Assembly (NCBI GenBank): GCA_040902555.1
Contig: JBBDXC010000008.1
Coordinates: 34,629 to 98,628, forward strand
Length of the DNA: 64,000 nucleotides
Source of the DNA: Dehalococcoidia bacterium
Lineage (GTDB): Bacteria; Chloroflexota; Dehalococcoidia; WHTO01
Direction: 5' to 3'
Shown here: one piece after another, positions 29,312-39,310 of the stretch
Layout of the letters: every line of letters begins with the position of its first letter
Position numbering within the stretch: the first letter of the stretch is position 1
Notes under the pieces: generated by a model
Told to the model about the DNA's origin: nothing
Databases searched by the model: none
The model's input: the letters and a program-made list of their open reading frames with translations, nothing else
Translations under genes and position numbers: made by a program

Positions 29312-30496
29312 CTACTCCTCCTCCGGCGAGCCCACGGGGATCAGCGAGCCGACGATGGCGGTGGCGCCGCCGAAGATGACCATGAAGAGGCCCGGCTCGT
29401 AGCTGAACGAGATGTCCTCGGGCACGGCGTCGCGCACGTAGAGCAGCTCCACCACGCCTAAGGCGCCCACAGCCAGCCCGCCCAGCGCCGCGAAGATCCG
29501 CCCAACGGCCAGCCGGCGCAGGATGAAGTACTCGACCAGGAGGAAGAACAGCCCGGCGCCGGCGATGGCGATGACCAGGAAGGCGTCGACGCGGGTTGTG
29601 CTGTCGAGGGCGTCCTGGACCTGGAAGGGGAACGTGCCCTCCACCGACTCGCCCCGAATCTCGGCCTGGATCGTCTCGTCCAGCGCCTTGACCTCGGTCT
29701 CCTCGATCGATACCCAGGCGAAGAAGACGCCGGCGATCGTCACGGCGAAGCCAATGGCAGCCATCAGCATGCCCGGCCGCAGCGAGAATCCGCCCGCGTC
29801 GTCGTCGTAGTAGGCGGGCGCGATTGGGCGCGTGGTGTGAATGTCCTCCTCGACCGGCATAGGGCCGAGATCTTCCCGCCGGATCTCCTCTTTGGTGTCG
29901 TAGTGGCGCGTCTCGACCATCTCCCCCGACGAAGTTGGCGCGGCTGGATAACCAGGAACTTGCGTCTCCGCCGTGAAGTCGGCAGTTGCCGGCGACACCT
30001 GCGTCTGCTCCTGCCACGACTTCGCGGGCTGGATATCGTCCACCCACACCCTCCTCTGCTCGGCCTCGGGATCAAGGGCTGGCTCTGCCGTTACCAACGG
30101 CTCCGGGAATGCCTCGGGAGGCTCGGCGGTTTCGGACTCGGGCGGCCCCCACGACGTTATTGGCGCCGTATCGTGGCTGGCCGCCGGCGAGATTTCGGTA
30201 GTTTGTTGGGCGCCCACCGGCGACCAACTGGGCGGCTCAGCGGGGGCTTCGGTCTCGGTGCCAGGCGGCGACCACGCGGACTCCATAGCCGGGGCTTCCG
30301 TCTCGGCGCTAGGCGGCGACCACGCGGACTCCATATCCGGGGCTTCGTTCTCGGCGCTGGGCGGCGACCAGGCGGATTCCGTAGTCGGGCTTTCGCTCTC
30401 GGCGACGATCACGCGCGTCCCGCAGACGTTGCAGAACTTGGCCGCCGCCGGAAGGCGGGCGCCGCACTCGATGCAGAAGATCATCTCAGAAGCCAT
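29312..30496 (-). CDS. Zinc-ribbon protein with low-complexity repeat linker and C-terminal TM domain
   Basis: FCIECGARL..AKFCNVCG; 3 x 16-aa repeats (30243-30386, 48-nt period); four C-terminal TM helices. Confidence 0.85.
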   Translation of the reverse strand: MASEMIFCIECGARLPAAAKFCNVCGTRVIVAESESPTTESAWSPPSAENEAPDMESAWSPPSAETEAPAMESAWSPPGTETEAPAEPPSWSPVGAQQTTEISPAASHDTAPITSWGPPESETAEPPEAFPEPLVTAEPALDPEAEQRRVWVDDIQPAKSWQEQTQVSPATADFTAETQVPGYPAAPTSSGEMVETRHYDTKEEIRREDLGPMPVEEDIHTTRPIAPAYYDDDAGGFSLRPGMLMAAIGFAVTIAGVFFAWVSIEETEVKALDETIQAEIRGESVEGTFPFQVQDALDSTTRVDAFLVIAIAGAGLFFLLVEYFILRRLAVGRIFAALGGLAVGALGVVELLYVRDAVPEDISFSYEPGLFMVIFGGATAIVGSLIPVGSPEEE

Positions 30497-30699
30497 TCAC
30501 GCCGCCCCTCTCGCGCTGCGGTTGTCGTCCTTCGGTAATCCTATATGCCTTCTTGCCCGCCAACCTCTCCCCCTGGCCCCTCGGACGAGTCGCCTATGGA
30601 GACCTCCCCTTGCCAAGGGGAGGGGGAAATCCGCAACTCTTCCCCTGGCCCCCTCCGCTTGCCAGGGGGGAAGGGGAAAAGGAGCGAGCTCTCATATGG

Positions 30700-31800
30700 T
30701 CAACGATGCGCGCTCCCCATGGCTTCAACGATTAGCTTTCCCATCTCGGGGGTTCCAACCGCCGGCTCGCCGCTGGCAGCCAGGTCCGGCGTCCGCCGAC
30801 CCGCGTCCAGCACGGCCGCTACCGCCCCCTCGACCGCCGTGGCCTCAACCTCAAGACCGCAAGACAGACGCAGCATCATCGCCAGCGAAAGGATCATGCC
30901 TATCGGGTTGGCCTTGCCCTGTCCGGCGATGTCGGGGGCGCTGCCGTGGATCGGCTCGTAGAGCCCGACGCCGGTGCCGTCGCGGCGCAGCCGGCCGACG
31001 CTGGCCGAGGGCAGCATGCCCAGCGAGCCGGCGAGCATCGAGGCCTCGTCGGTCAGGATGTCGCCGAACATGTTCTCCGTGACGATCACATCGAAGTCAG
31101 CGGGCCGCCTTATCAGATGCATGGCGCATGCGTCGACCAGCAGGTGCTCGGTAGTGACGTCGGGGTACTCAGCGCTCATCTCGGTGGCGATCTCACGCCA
31201 GAGCCGGCTGGAGTCGAGGATGTTGGCCTTGTCGACGCTGGTCAGCTTGCGCCGCCGGATCCGCGCCAGCTCGAAGCCAAAACGCAGAATGCGCGCGATC
31301 TCGCGTTCGCTATAGCGCAGCGTGTCCACCGCTTGCCGGCCTCGGGAGTTGGTCCAGCGTCGTTGCGGGCGGCCGAAATAGAGGCCGCCGGTAAGCTCGC
31401 GGATGACCACGAGGTCAACACCGCGTAAGACCGAGGCCTTGATCGAGCTGGAGTCAAGCAGCGATTCCGTCGTGCGCACGGGGCGGACGTTGGCGAACAG
31501 CTTGAGCGCCTTGCGGAGGCCGAGGAGCCCTTGCTCGGGCCTGACCTTCGCCTGGGGGTTGTCCCATTTCGGGCCGCCCACGGCCGCCAGGAGAACGGCA
31601 TCGGCCCGTTTGGCCAAGTCCAGGGTCTGGGGCGGCAGGGGATTGCCCGTCTCGTCGATGGCGATGCCCCCGACCAGACCTTCGGTCTGGACGAACTCGT
31701 GGCCGAAGCGCTTGCCTACCGCATCGAGCACGCGCCGCGCCTCGGCCATCACCTCGGGCCCGATGCCGTCGCCCGGCAGGACCAGGATCTTGAACTTCAC
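30700..31800 (-). CDS. leuB: 3-isopropylmalate dehydrogenase
   Basis: [59 protein letters not shown]. Confidence 0.97.
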   Translation of the reverse strand: MKFKILVLPGDGIGPEVMAEARRVLDAVGKRFGHEFVQTEGLVGGIAIDETGNPLPPQTLDLAKRADAVLLAAVGGPKWDNPQAKVRPEQGLLGLRKALKLFANVRPVRTTESLLDSSSIKASVLRGVDLVVIRELTGGLYFGRPQRRWTNSRGRQAVDTLRYSEREIARILRFGFELARIRRRKLTSVDKANILDSSRLWREIATEMSAEYPDVTTEHLLVDACAMHLIRRPADFDVIVTENMFGDILTDEASMLAGSLGMLPSASVGRLRRDGTGVGLYEPIHGSAPDIAGQGKANPIGMILSLAMMLRLSCGLEVEATAVEGAVAAVLDAGRRTPDLAASGEPAVGTPEMGKLIVEAMGSAHR

Positions 31801-32555
31801 GCCGGCGCCGCCACGGTGGCTGCGCGACGCAAGGCCTGGATCTCACGGTTCTTGAGGTCGCGCCAGCATCCCGGCTGCAGGTCGGGGTCGGAGAGGGGGC
31901 CCACGGCCACCCGCCGCAGGCGCACCACGTCCAGGTCGAAGAGCGCGAGCATTCGCCGTATCTGTTGCTTGCGGCCTTCGCGCAGCTTCACCTCAAGCAG
32001 GGTAGTCCCTGCGCCGCCGGCGATGATCCTGAAGACCGCCGGGATCGTCTTCTTGCCCTCCAGCTCGACCCCCTCGCTTAGCTCGCGCAGTACCTCAGGG
32101 TCGATTCCCCCAGCGACCTCGACGACATAGGTCTTCCATACGCCGTGACGGGGATGGAGGAGCGACTCAGCCAGGTCGCCATCGTTCGTGCAGACGATCA
32201 GGCCCTCCGAGTCGAAGTCGAGCCGCCCGACGGGATAGACGCGCTCGTTAACTCCCGCCAGTAGCTGCTTGATCGTCGGCCGACCCTCGGGATCGCTGAG
32301 CGTGGAGACGACGCCGCGTGGCTTGTAGAGGAGCACATAGCGCTTCCTCTCGGCCTTGAGCGAGAGGGCGGCACCATCGACCTCCACGCGGTTCTTGGCC
32401 GCCACAGTCATGCCGATCGTTGCAGGGGCCCCGTTAACCGTTATCCGCCCCTGCCGGATCATTTCTTCCACGGCCCGGCGTGAAGCGACGCCGGCGCGAG
32501 CAAGCACCTTCTGAATCCGTTCGCCGTCTTTGTCTTCCGACGATTTAGGAGGCAA
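31797..32555 (-). CDS. rluB: rRNA pseudouridine synthase, RluB/RsuA family, with S4 domain
   Basis: [46 protein letters not shown]; probable TTG start at 32555. Confidence 0.9.
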   Translation of the reverse strand: MPPKSSEDKDGERIQKVLARAGVASRRAVEEMIRQGRITVNGAPATIGMTVAAKNRVEVDGAALSLKAERKRYVLLYKPRGVVSTLSDPEGRPTIKQLLAGVNERVYPVGRLDFDSEGLIVCTNDGDLAESLLHPRHGVWKTYVVEVAGGIDPEVLRELSEGVELEGKKTIPAVFRIIAGGAGTTLLEVKLREGRKQQIRRMLALFDLDVVRLRRVAVGPLSDPDLQPGCWRDLKNREIQALRRAATVAAPA

Positions 32556-33252
32556 AGGCGCAACTGCCCTCGTTCGACGGGCAGCTGAACTCGTAAACGG
32601 GGATCCGGCGGGAGCCCCCATCGGGCGCCCGCACGACAACGAAAACGCTGCCCTCGGGCCCCGGGAGACTCCCCTTGAGGCGGACGCTGAAGCGCTGCTC
32701 GCCGGGCAGGCCGGGCCCGCGCGTCACATCCATGTGCGTCGTCGGAAAAACCAATCGAGCACCCTCCGCGTCCGCTCCTGAGACCTTCAAGGTCTGCGGT
32801 CCATGGAAGCGGCAGAGAGCCAGGATCGATGGGCTGATTTCGAGCTTGATCGCCGCCGGCTTCGCCGAGGCGGCCGGACGTTCGTGCTTGCCCGAGGCGA
32901 CCGTCCGTGCCCTGGCCAGCCAATCCTTCCATTGGATGGTGCGGCCCTCCTGCTTCGTCGGCGCCGGCGTTGATCTTGGCCGCGGTCGACTCGTCGTCTG
33001 GGTCCGCGTCCGCGCACGGCTCGGCGAGGGTTCGTTCGCTGTCCTCGCCTTCGCTTTCACCTCGACGCGGCGGCGGCGACAGCCCTCAAGGTCTCGCGCC
33101 AGCAGGTCGTAGGCGCTGTTGATCTCGGCCATGCGCTCCGTGCCACCGCCGGCGTCCGGGTGGTGCTGGCGCGCCAGCTCGCGGTAGCGGGCGCGGACCT
33201 CGTCGCGCGTCGCGCTTGACGGCAGACCGAGGACTTCGAATGGGTCGCGCAT
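32545..33252 (-). CDS. J-domain (DnaJ-like) protein
   Basis: DPFEVLGL...YRELARQHHPD...MAEINSAYDLL. Confidence 0.88.
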   Translation of the reverse strand: MRDPFEVLGLPSSATRDEVRARYRELARQHHPDAGGGTERMAEINSAYDLLARDLEGCRRRRVEVKAKARTANEPSPSRARTRTQTTSRPRPRSTPAPTKQEGRTIQWKDWLARARTVASGKHERPAASAKPAAIKLEISPSILALCRFHGPQTLKVSGADAEGARLVFPTTHMDVTRGPGLPGEQRFSVRLKGSLPGPEGSVFVVVRAPDGGSRRIPVYEFSCPSNEGSCAFAS

Positions 33253-33372
33253 AGCTTCGGAATTATAACTGGGCCCGGCCCGGCGATTTGACACGCCTTT
33301 GTCATGTGGCGCCCGCTTGTTTGAGGCTATTCAGGCCGCTCGTCCGCCACGCTTGAGCAAGGAGGACACACC

Positions 33373-33495
33373 ATGTTGGAGCTCATCAAGCAGCTATTAA
33401 CGGACGAGAAGGGTCGCAGCCGCGTGTTTGGCGGCGGCCTCAGCACAGTGCTGGTCATCGTCCTGATCGTCATCCTCGTCCTGATCATCCTTTAG
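33373..33495 (+). CDS. 40-aa single-TM protein (missing from the ORF track)
   Basis: AGGAGG RBS; MLELIKQLLTDEKGRSRVFGGGLSTVLVIVLIVILVLIIL*; followed by the stem-loop AGCGCCCTC-GACTG-GAGGGCGCT. Confidence 0.75.
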   Translation: MLELIKQLLTDEKGRSRVFGGGLSTVLVIVLIVILVLIIL

Positions 33496-33595
33496 GGGAG
33501 AGGCCCCAGGACCGAAAGCGCCCTCGACTGGAGGGCGCTTTCGCTTGTCGAAGCCGCGCCATGGAGCCAGCCCGCGGGACACCTAGCCTGAAAGC

Positions 33596-34648
33596 GTGAA
33601 CCCCGAGGCCAACACGCGTGTCATTGAGGAGCTCAGGCGCATCGCCCACCTCCTCGAGCGCAAGCTCGCCCCCTCCTACCGCGTTGAGGCTTTTCGCCGT
33701 GCCGTGGCCGCCCTGGCCGTCGTCGACATCGAGGGCCTTGCGCGGACCAACCAGCTGCGCTCGCTGCGCGGGGTCGGCGAGAAGATAGAGGCTGTCGTCC
33801 TCGAAGCCCTCAAGGACGGCCAGAGCACCTACCGCCTGAAGCTCGAAGATGAGCTGGGCGAGCAGGCCGATAGCTCCCTGCGCATGGCCCTCAAAGGCGA
33901 CCTGCACGTCCACACCAACTGGAGCGACGGCGGCGCCACGATGCTGGAAATGGTCGAGGGCGCCATCGCTCAGGGCCACCAGTACGTCGCTATTACCGAC
34001 CACTCGCCCAGCCTCAAGATCGCCCGCGGGCTGAGCATCGAGCGGCTCGAGGAGCAGTTCAAGCTGGTCGAGGACGTGCAGCGCCAGGTCGGCGACCGCA
34101 TCCGCATCCTGACCGGCAGCGAGACCGACATCCTCCTTGATGGCTCACTCGACTGGCCCGAGGACTACCTGCGGCGGCTGGACATAGTCGTTGGCTCGGT
34201 GCACAACAAGCTGCGCATACCGCCGGAGGAGATGACGCCGCGGCTGATCGAGGTCATGCAGAATCCCTACCTCGACATCCTTGGCCACCCGACGGGGCGG
34301 ATGAGCGGGGTGGTGCGCAGCAACTACGACCACGAGCTGGTCTTCGCCGCGGCGGCGAGGTTCGGCGTGGCGCTTGAGATCAATTGCAGCCCCGCCCGCC
34401 TTGACCTCCAACCGCACCACGTGGTCACCGCATCCGCCCTGGGCTGCCGGTTTTCAATCGACACCGACTCCCACGCGGTCGGCCAACTGGACTGGCAGGG
34501 CTACGGGGTGCTGATCGCCGAGGAGGCCGGCATCGGGGCCGAACAGATTATTAATACTTACCCGGTTGAAGAGCTCCTGACGCAGCGCGAGCGACCGGAC
34601 CTTAGCGACACTGTCCTGCCGGCCCCCAGCCCCAAAATGCCCGTGTAA
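33596..34648 (+). CDS. PHP domain protein with PolX-like N-terminal HhH domain and no polymerase core
   Basis: SLRGVGEKI, GDLHVHTNWSDG, ITDHS, SVH, HPTGR, DTDSH. Confidence 0.9.
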   Translation: MNPEANTRVIEELRRIAHLLERKLAPSYRVEAFRRAVAALAVVDIEGLARTNQLRSLRGVGEKIEAVVLEALKDGQSTYRLKLEDELGEQADSSLRMALKGDLHVHTNWSDGGATMLEMVEGAIAQGHQYVAITDHSPSLKIARGLSIERLEEQFKLVEDVQRQVGDRIRILTGSETDILLDGSLDWPEDYLRRLDIVVGSVHNKLRIPPEEMTPRLIEVMQNPYLDILGHPTGRMSGVVRSNYDHELVFAAAARFGVALEINCSPARLDLQPHHVVTASALGCRFSIDTDSHAVGQLDWQGYGVLIAEEAGIGAEQIINTYPVEELLTQRERPDLSDTVLPAPSPKMPV

Positions 34649-34695
34649 CCGCCACTCGCCCGGCCCTCTCCTTGCTAAGGAGAGGGAGGGGCCGC

Positions 34696-35766
34696 CTAGA
34701 GCTGGCCATAGGCAGCCAACTCCTCTGGCGTATTGAGCGACTGGAAGGAAGCCAGCGTAGGATCCATCGACGCCGCCTGCTTCTGGCTCAAAACGACTGT
34801 GTCTACCTCCGCTGCAAGGTCGTAAAGCGGCCGGCCCTCGCGGGCAATTCCCTCAAGCGGCTCCAGCGATCCTGGGCCGAAGCACCCAGGTAGCGGGTGC
34901 AAGCGGCCTTCGATGGCGAAGCAGACAAAATCCGCGCCCGACGCGTCAGCCTCTGCCTCCAGCCGGCGCAGGACCTCCGGCCGCAGTCCCGGGATGTCGC
35001 AGGGGATGGCAATGACGCCGCGCCCGCTGTCGCGCAACGCGGCGACGATCCCCCATCCCGGGTGCGCCTCCGGCGAATCATCCTCGAGGAAGCCGGCGCC
35101 CGAGGATTCGGCAATCTGCCGATGCAGCTCTGGCCAGCGCGAGACGACCACGACGTCGGCTGCGACCTCCCGGCCCACACCGATCGCCCGCTCCAGCAGT
35201 GTCTGCCCGCTCGGCAGGGTTGCCGTTGCCTTGTCCCGTCCCATGCGCCGGCTCATCCCCCCGGCCAGCACGGCGACCGGCGTGCTGAGGCCCTTCAGGA
35301 AATTGGTCACGAAGGTGGCGATCTGCTCCACGTCATCGCGCAGGAAGAAGGGCAGCCGGCAGGGCTGTGGCTCGGGTCCGACGACCGCGATTGTCCCCAG
35401 CGCCAGGAGCGGGGAATCTCCCTCCCCCACAACCTCGATCCGCGTCAGCGGCCCGGACTTGAAGCCCTCCACGATGAGCAGGTCGCAGGCCCGCAGCTCC
35501 GGCGACGTGGCCCTGTCCAGATCCTCGCCACCCGAGCGGGACACCGTCGTTGTCGTCTCGGGCCCGAGCACCTGCACCGCTGCGGCCCCCGCCTCACGAA
35601 AGCGCCATGAGTCCTTGCCCGGCGTGTCGAGGGAGGCGTGGCCATGCGGGTCATGCTTGACCACCCCGACCCGGCGCCCCTTCGCCACCCAGATCGGGAT
35701 CAGGCGCTCGATCAGCGTCGTCTTACCCGCGCCGGAGGGCCCGGAGAAGGCGACCAGCCTCTTCAC
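34696..35766 (-). CDS. mobB/mobA: Bifunctional MobB-MobA molybdopterin-guanine dinucleotide biosynthesis protein
   Basis: GPSGAGKTT, VKHDPH, DSWRFREAGA, VEGFK; then VLAGGMSRRMGRDKA, PCDIP, LNTPEEL. Confidence 0.92.
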   Translation of the reverse strand: MKRLVAFSGPSGAGKTTLIERLIPIWVAKGRRVGVVKHDPHGHASLDTPGKDSWRFREAGAAAVQVLGPETTTTVSRSGGEDLDRATSPELRACDLLIVEGFKSGPLTRIEVVGEGDSPLLALGTIAVVGPEPQPCRLPFFLRDDVEQIATFVTNFLKGLSTPVAVLAGGMSRRMGRDKATATLPSGQTLLERAIGVGREVAADVVVVSRWPELHRQIAESSGAGFLEDDSPEAHPGWGIVAALRDSGRGVIAIPCDIPGLRPEVLRRLEAEADASGADFVCFAIEGRLHPLPGCFGPGSLEPLEGIAREGRPLYDLAAEVDTVVLSQKQAASMDPTLASFQSLNTPEELAAYGQL

Positions 35767-37979
35767 GGGACGCCGGCGAGAGCCGGGGCGGTAGCCGCAA
35801 CCTCCGGCTTCGCCGCCTCGACGGTGACCAGGGTCGACTTGAAGGCCGGCGTCCCCGACTTCGGGTCAACCTCGCTGGACACCAGGGCATTGGCCTCGGG
35901 GTAGTACATCAGGGCGTTGCCGGCGCGAATGTCGAAGGGCCGGGCGAGCACCGGACCGAGCTGCCCGGACGCGGAGGTAACGACCACCGGTTGATCGGGC
36001 TCCAGTCCAAGCCATTCGAGGTCCGCCGCGTTGAGCAGGATTACGTCCCGCCGCTCCTGCCCGCGATAGATGTCCTCGTCCTCGTAGACCACCGTGTTGA
36101 ACTGGCCCTCCGAGCGCACCGTCATCAGCCGCAGGTGACCATCTGTGGGCGGTTCGGGCAGCGGGAGAATGCTGAACCGCGCGCGGCCGTTAGGTGTCCC
36201 GAAAACGGCATCGGGGAACGTCCGGCCGGCGACGTGGAACTCAGTCTTCGTGGCGTCGATCTCGCCGACCTGTGCATAACCGGGGATGACGCCGGCGATG
36301 GCGGCGCGGATGTTGCCGTGCTTGCGCAGGGCCTGGAAGTCGACCGGCGACTCGTCAACGACGCGCAGCGCCAGCTCGGAAATCGCCTGCACCTCGCTCA
36401 ATGGGCCCGGGTAACGCATCTTGCCGCCGTCGCTGAGCCGCACGTAGTTGAACATCGACTCCTGGGTGGTCGGCTGCGGCTCTTCGTCTCGCGGGAGGAC
36501 GGGCAGGACAAGGGTCTCATTGCCGCGGCCGTGGACGTGCCCAAGGTTCAATGACGTGCTCAGGTAGGCGACGAGGTCGACCGAGGACAGAGCGCGTGAG
36601 GCGAAGGCGGAATCGGGGTTGGCAGCGTAGAGGTTGCCGCCGAGGCAGAGGGCGAAGCGGATGTGGCCGGCGTCGGCGGCGCGCATGGCGCCCATTGTGT
36701 CGAGGCCGGCGGAAGACGGCGCGCGGACGCCTAGCTTGGCTTCCAGCGCGTCAAGCACAGCCTGCTTCAGCGCAGGAGCCACGCCCATCGAGCCCATGCC
36801 CTGGACGTTGCTGTGGCCGCGGATGGGGAGCAGGCCGGCCCCCGGCCGCCCCACCATACCCCGCAGCAGCGCCAGGTTGACGATGGCCCGGACGTTGTCG
36901 ACGCCGTGCAGGTGGTGGGTGATGCCCATCGTCCAGCCGAAGATGACGTTGCGGGCCGAAGCGTAGACGCGCGCGACCTCCTCGATTTCGCCGCGTGAAA
37001 CCCCGGAGGTCCGTTCGATCATCTCCCATGGGGTCTGACGTGACTGTTGGAGGAAGCCATCGGCGCCTTCGGTGTGCTCGTCAAGGAAAGCCGAGTCAAC
37101 CGCACCCAATTCGTCGGTGGCCTTAGCGATGCCGACCAGCAGGGCGATATCGCCCCCGATGTGCGGTTGCAGATAGTGGCTGGCGATCTCCGACCCGAAG
37201 AGGAGGCTGCGCACGTCGGAGGGCACGCCGAACTTGACCAGCCCCGCCTCGCGCACCGGATTGACCACCACCACCGAGCCGCCCCTCCGCCGCACGTTGA
37301 GCAGGTTGCGCATCAGCCGCGGGTGGTTGCTCGCCGGGTTGCCGCCGATCAGGAAGAAGAGGTCGCACTGCTCAACATCCTCCAGCGTTACCGTCGCGGT
37401 GCCGCTGCCGATGGCCTCCCCCAGGCCGACGCCGCTGGCCTGGTGGCAGTAATAGGAGCAGTTGTTGACGTTGTTGGTGCCGTAGACGCGGGCGAAGAGC
37501 TGCAAGAGGAATCCGGCCTCGTTCGAGGAGCGCCCGCTGACGTAGAAGAACGACTCGTCCGGCTGGATCGCCCGCAGCTTCTCTGCGCAGAGGTCGAGGG
37601 CGCGGTCCCAGGTGATGGGCTCGAAGTACGTGCTTTCGGGGCCGGCGTAGAGTGGGGTCGTCAGGCGGCCAAGGGCCTCGAGCTCCCGGGAGGTCAGGCC
37701 CGAGAGCTGTTCAAGGCTGCGCTCGGCAAAGACGGTCGTGGCCACCGGCGGCTGCATGTCGGCGACCAGCGCCTGCATCGACTTCTTGCAGACCTCGGGG
37801 AAGTGGCCGGTCTCATTGACCATGCCGCCCTTTTGGCCGCCCATGCCGAGGGCGCAGGTGCGGCAGGTGTTCTTGCTGCGCAGGGCCTTCCAGAGGCGGA
37901 TCGGCCCGCCGGCGCGCCGGGCCGCGCGGAGCGCATACCAGACCGCTCGCCACCCCCCGCCGGATACTGGTTTCGCCAT
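35763..37979 (-). CDS. FdhF/YdeP family molybdopterin oxidoreductase
   Basis: CRTCALGMGG, EVCKKS, SGRSSNEA, NNCSYYCHQAS, GHSNVQG, TVRSEGQFNT. Confidence 0.93.
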   Translation of the reverse strand: MAKPVSGGGWRAVWYALRAARRAGGPIRLWKALRSKNTCRTCALGMGGQKGGMVNETGHFPEVCKKSMQALVADMQPPVATTVFAERSLEQLSGLTSRELEALGRLTTPLYAGPESTYFEPITWDRALDLCAEKLRAIQPDESFFYVSGRSSNEAGFLLQLFARVYGTNNVNNCSYYCHQASGVGLGEAIGSGTATVTLEDVEQCDLFFLIGGNPASNHPRLMRNLLNVRRRGGSVVVVNPVREAGLVKFGVPSDVRSLLFGSEIASHYLQPHIGGDIALLVGIAKATDELGAVDSAFLDEHTEGADGFLQQSRQTPWEMIERTSGVSRGEIEEVARVYASARNVIFGWTMGITHHLHGVDNVRAIVNLALLRGMVGRPGAGLLPIRGHSNVQGMGSMGVAPALKQAVLDALEAKLGVRAPSSAGLDTMGAMRAADAGHIRFALCLGGNLYAANPDSAFASRALSSVDLVAYLSTSLNLGHVHGRGNETLVLPVLPRDEEPQPTTQESMFNYVRLSDGGKMRYPGPLSEVQAISELALRVVDESPVDFQALRKHGNIRAAIAGVIPGYAQVGEIDATKTEFHVAGRTFPDAVFGTPNGRARFSILPLPEPPTDGHLRLMTVRSEGQFNTVVYEDEDIYRGQERRDVILLNAADLEWLGLEPDQPVVVTSASGQLGPVLARPFDIRAGNALMYYPEANALVSSEVDPKSGTPAFKSTLVTVEAAKPEVAATAPALAGVP

Positions 37980-37999
37980 TTTTAGCTGTTTAGCAGGTC

Positions 38000-38164
38000 C
38001 TAACCCGACTCGCTAGGCGCACCCCACGGCTCAAGGCGCTCGCTCAGGGTGGCCACGGGGTCGGTGAAGCCGGCGCCTTCGAAGTTCGCGAAGGTGTCGG
38101 CGACGAAGCTGGTGATGCGGAACTCCCCGTTGAGGCAGACAAGCAGGGCGATCAGCGAGCGCAT
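38000..38164 (-). CDS. Possible small hypothetical protein (54 aa)
   Basis: GAGAGGAG RBS before ATG 38164. Confidence 0.45.
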   Translation of the reverse strand: MRSLIALLVCLNGEFRITSFVADTFANFEGAGFTDPVATLSERLEPWGAPSESG

Positions 38165-38237
38165 GGAAACTCCTCTCGGGGCTGCCTTTAGTGTATGACG
38201 GCCCGGATCGATCAAGAGGAGCGAGGTTGATACGACG

Positions 38238-38984
38238 TCAGTCGCGGCGGACGCGGTAGCGGGTGTATATCTCGCTTGTTTCGGGGTTCGCGTGGGCGGA
38301 GACCAGCTCCAGGTGCCTGACCTCCGAGAGCGAGAAGGCACGGGGACCCTCGACCGCCGTCAACGTGTCCTTGCCGCCGACGATCACCGGGCCGAGGCTG
38401 ACAAATATCTCGTCGACGCAGTCGCGGGCGAACAGCTCGGCGTTGAGGGTCGGGCCGCCCTCAACCAACAGGACTTCGGCCTTCAGCTCTTCCCGCATGT
38501 GCCTCAGCATCTCGTTGATGTGGTCGGTACTGGACAAAACGTAGACAGGCAGCCCGGTCGCCCCTGCTTCTTCCACCCGCTCGGCTGGAGTTGCGCTGGT
38601 CAGGTAGACGATCGCCGGGAAGTCGCGGGCTGTGAAGAACAGGCGGTCGTAGGGCAGGTCCCCCGATTGGCTGATGACGGCCGCGATAGGGCAGTCTGGC
38701 TTGCCACGCTCGCGCCGCAGCTTCTCCAGCGACTCGTCGCCGAGCCGCGACGACGTCCCGCTCGCGCGCAGCGTCCCCGCCCCGTTCATGACCACGTCGG
38801 CGTTGACCCGCAGCTCGCGCATCAGGCGCTGGTCGACCTTCGAGCCTATCCCCTTTTCCGTGTCCTCTATCACCACCTTGCCATCGACGGACATGACCAT
38901 GTTGACGAGGACGTACGGCCGGTGGCCAGGCGCTGGGGGAAGGTCGAGGTTCGTGTAGTCCGGCTTGCCGGTGGTAAAGAACAT
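38238..38984 (-). CDS. RibD C-terminal (pyrimidine reductase / DHFR-like) domain protein
   Basis: RPYVLVNMVMSVDGK, VMNGAGTLR, LLVEGGPTLN, VDEIFV. Confidence 0.9.
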   Translation of the reverse strand: MFFTTGKPDYTNLDLPPAPGHRPYVLVNMVMSVDGKVVIEDTEKGIGSKVDQRLMRELRVNADVVMNGAGTLRASGTSSRLGDESLEKLRRERGKPDCPIAAVISQSGDLPYDRLFFTARDFPAIVYLTSATPAERVEEAGATGLPVYVLSSTDHINEMLRHMREELKAEVLLVEGGPTLNAELFARDCVDEIFVSLGPVIVGGKDTLTAVEGPRAFSLSEVRHLELVSAHANPETSEIYTRYRVRRD

Positions 38985-39310
38985 CAGCGCTGCGAGGCTG
39001 CTTCGGTCAGCCGCTTATTGAGGTCCGAGCGGGCCAGGCAGGGCCCACAGAGAAACGACGCAGTGAGGACATCGCGGCGCATCGCCCGGATCGGCCGGGC
39101 AATGAAGCTCTCGGCTGGCGAACCGCAGATGCCACAGACGCCCGACTCCGGGCGCAGCTCCAGGTTGTCGATGACCCCCCGCAACCCGGCGCCCTGTAAC
39201 GCCGCGGCGTGGCTGTCGCACAGCCCCAAAACCCGCGCCGGCCCGCCGAACAGCGCCAACCAGACCTCCCGTCGCGCCGGCTTGCTGCAGGCCCCACACA
39301 ACTCATTCAT
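38984..39310 (-). CDS. Small protein with two Cys/His clusters (probable Zn binding)
   Basis: CGAC...CDSH and CGIC...CGPC; overlapping start/stop with both neighbours. Confidence 0.7.
   Translation of the reverse strand: MNELCGACSKPARREVWLALFGGPARVLGLCDSHAAALQGAGLRGVIDNLELRPESGVCGICGSPAESFIARPIRAMRRDVLTASFLCGPCLARSDLNKRLTEAASQR

Noticed and set aside
33596-34648. PolX lacking its polymerase core as a pseudogene or novelty
   Set aside because: HhH-plus-PHP proteins of this size are a known stand-alone family, and the ORF is intact.
34696-35766. MobB-MobA fusion as a novelty
   Set aside because: Bifunctional MobB/MobA proteins are already known.
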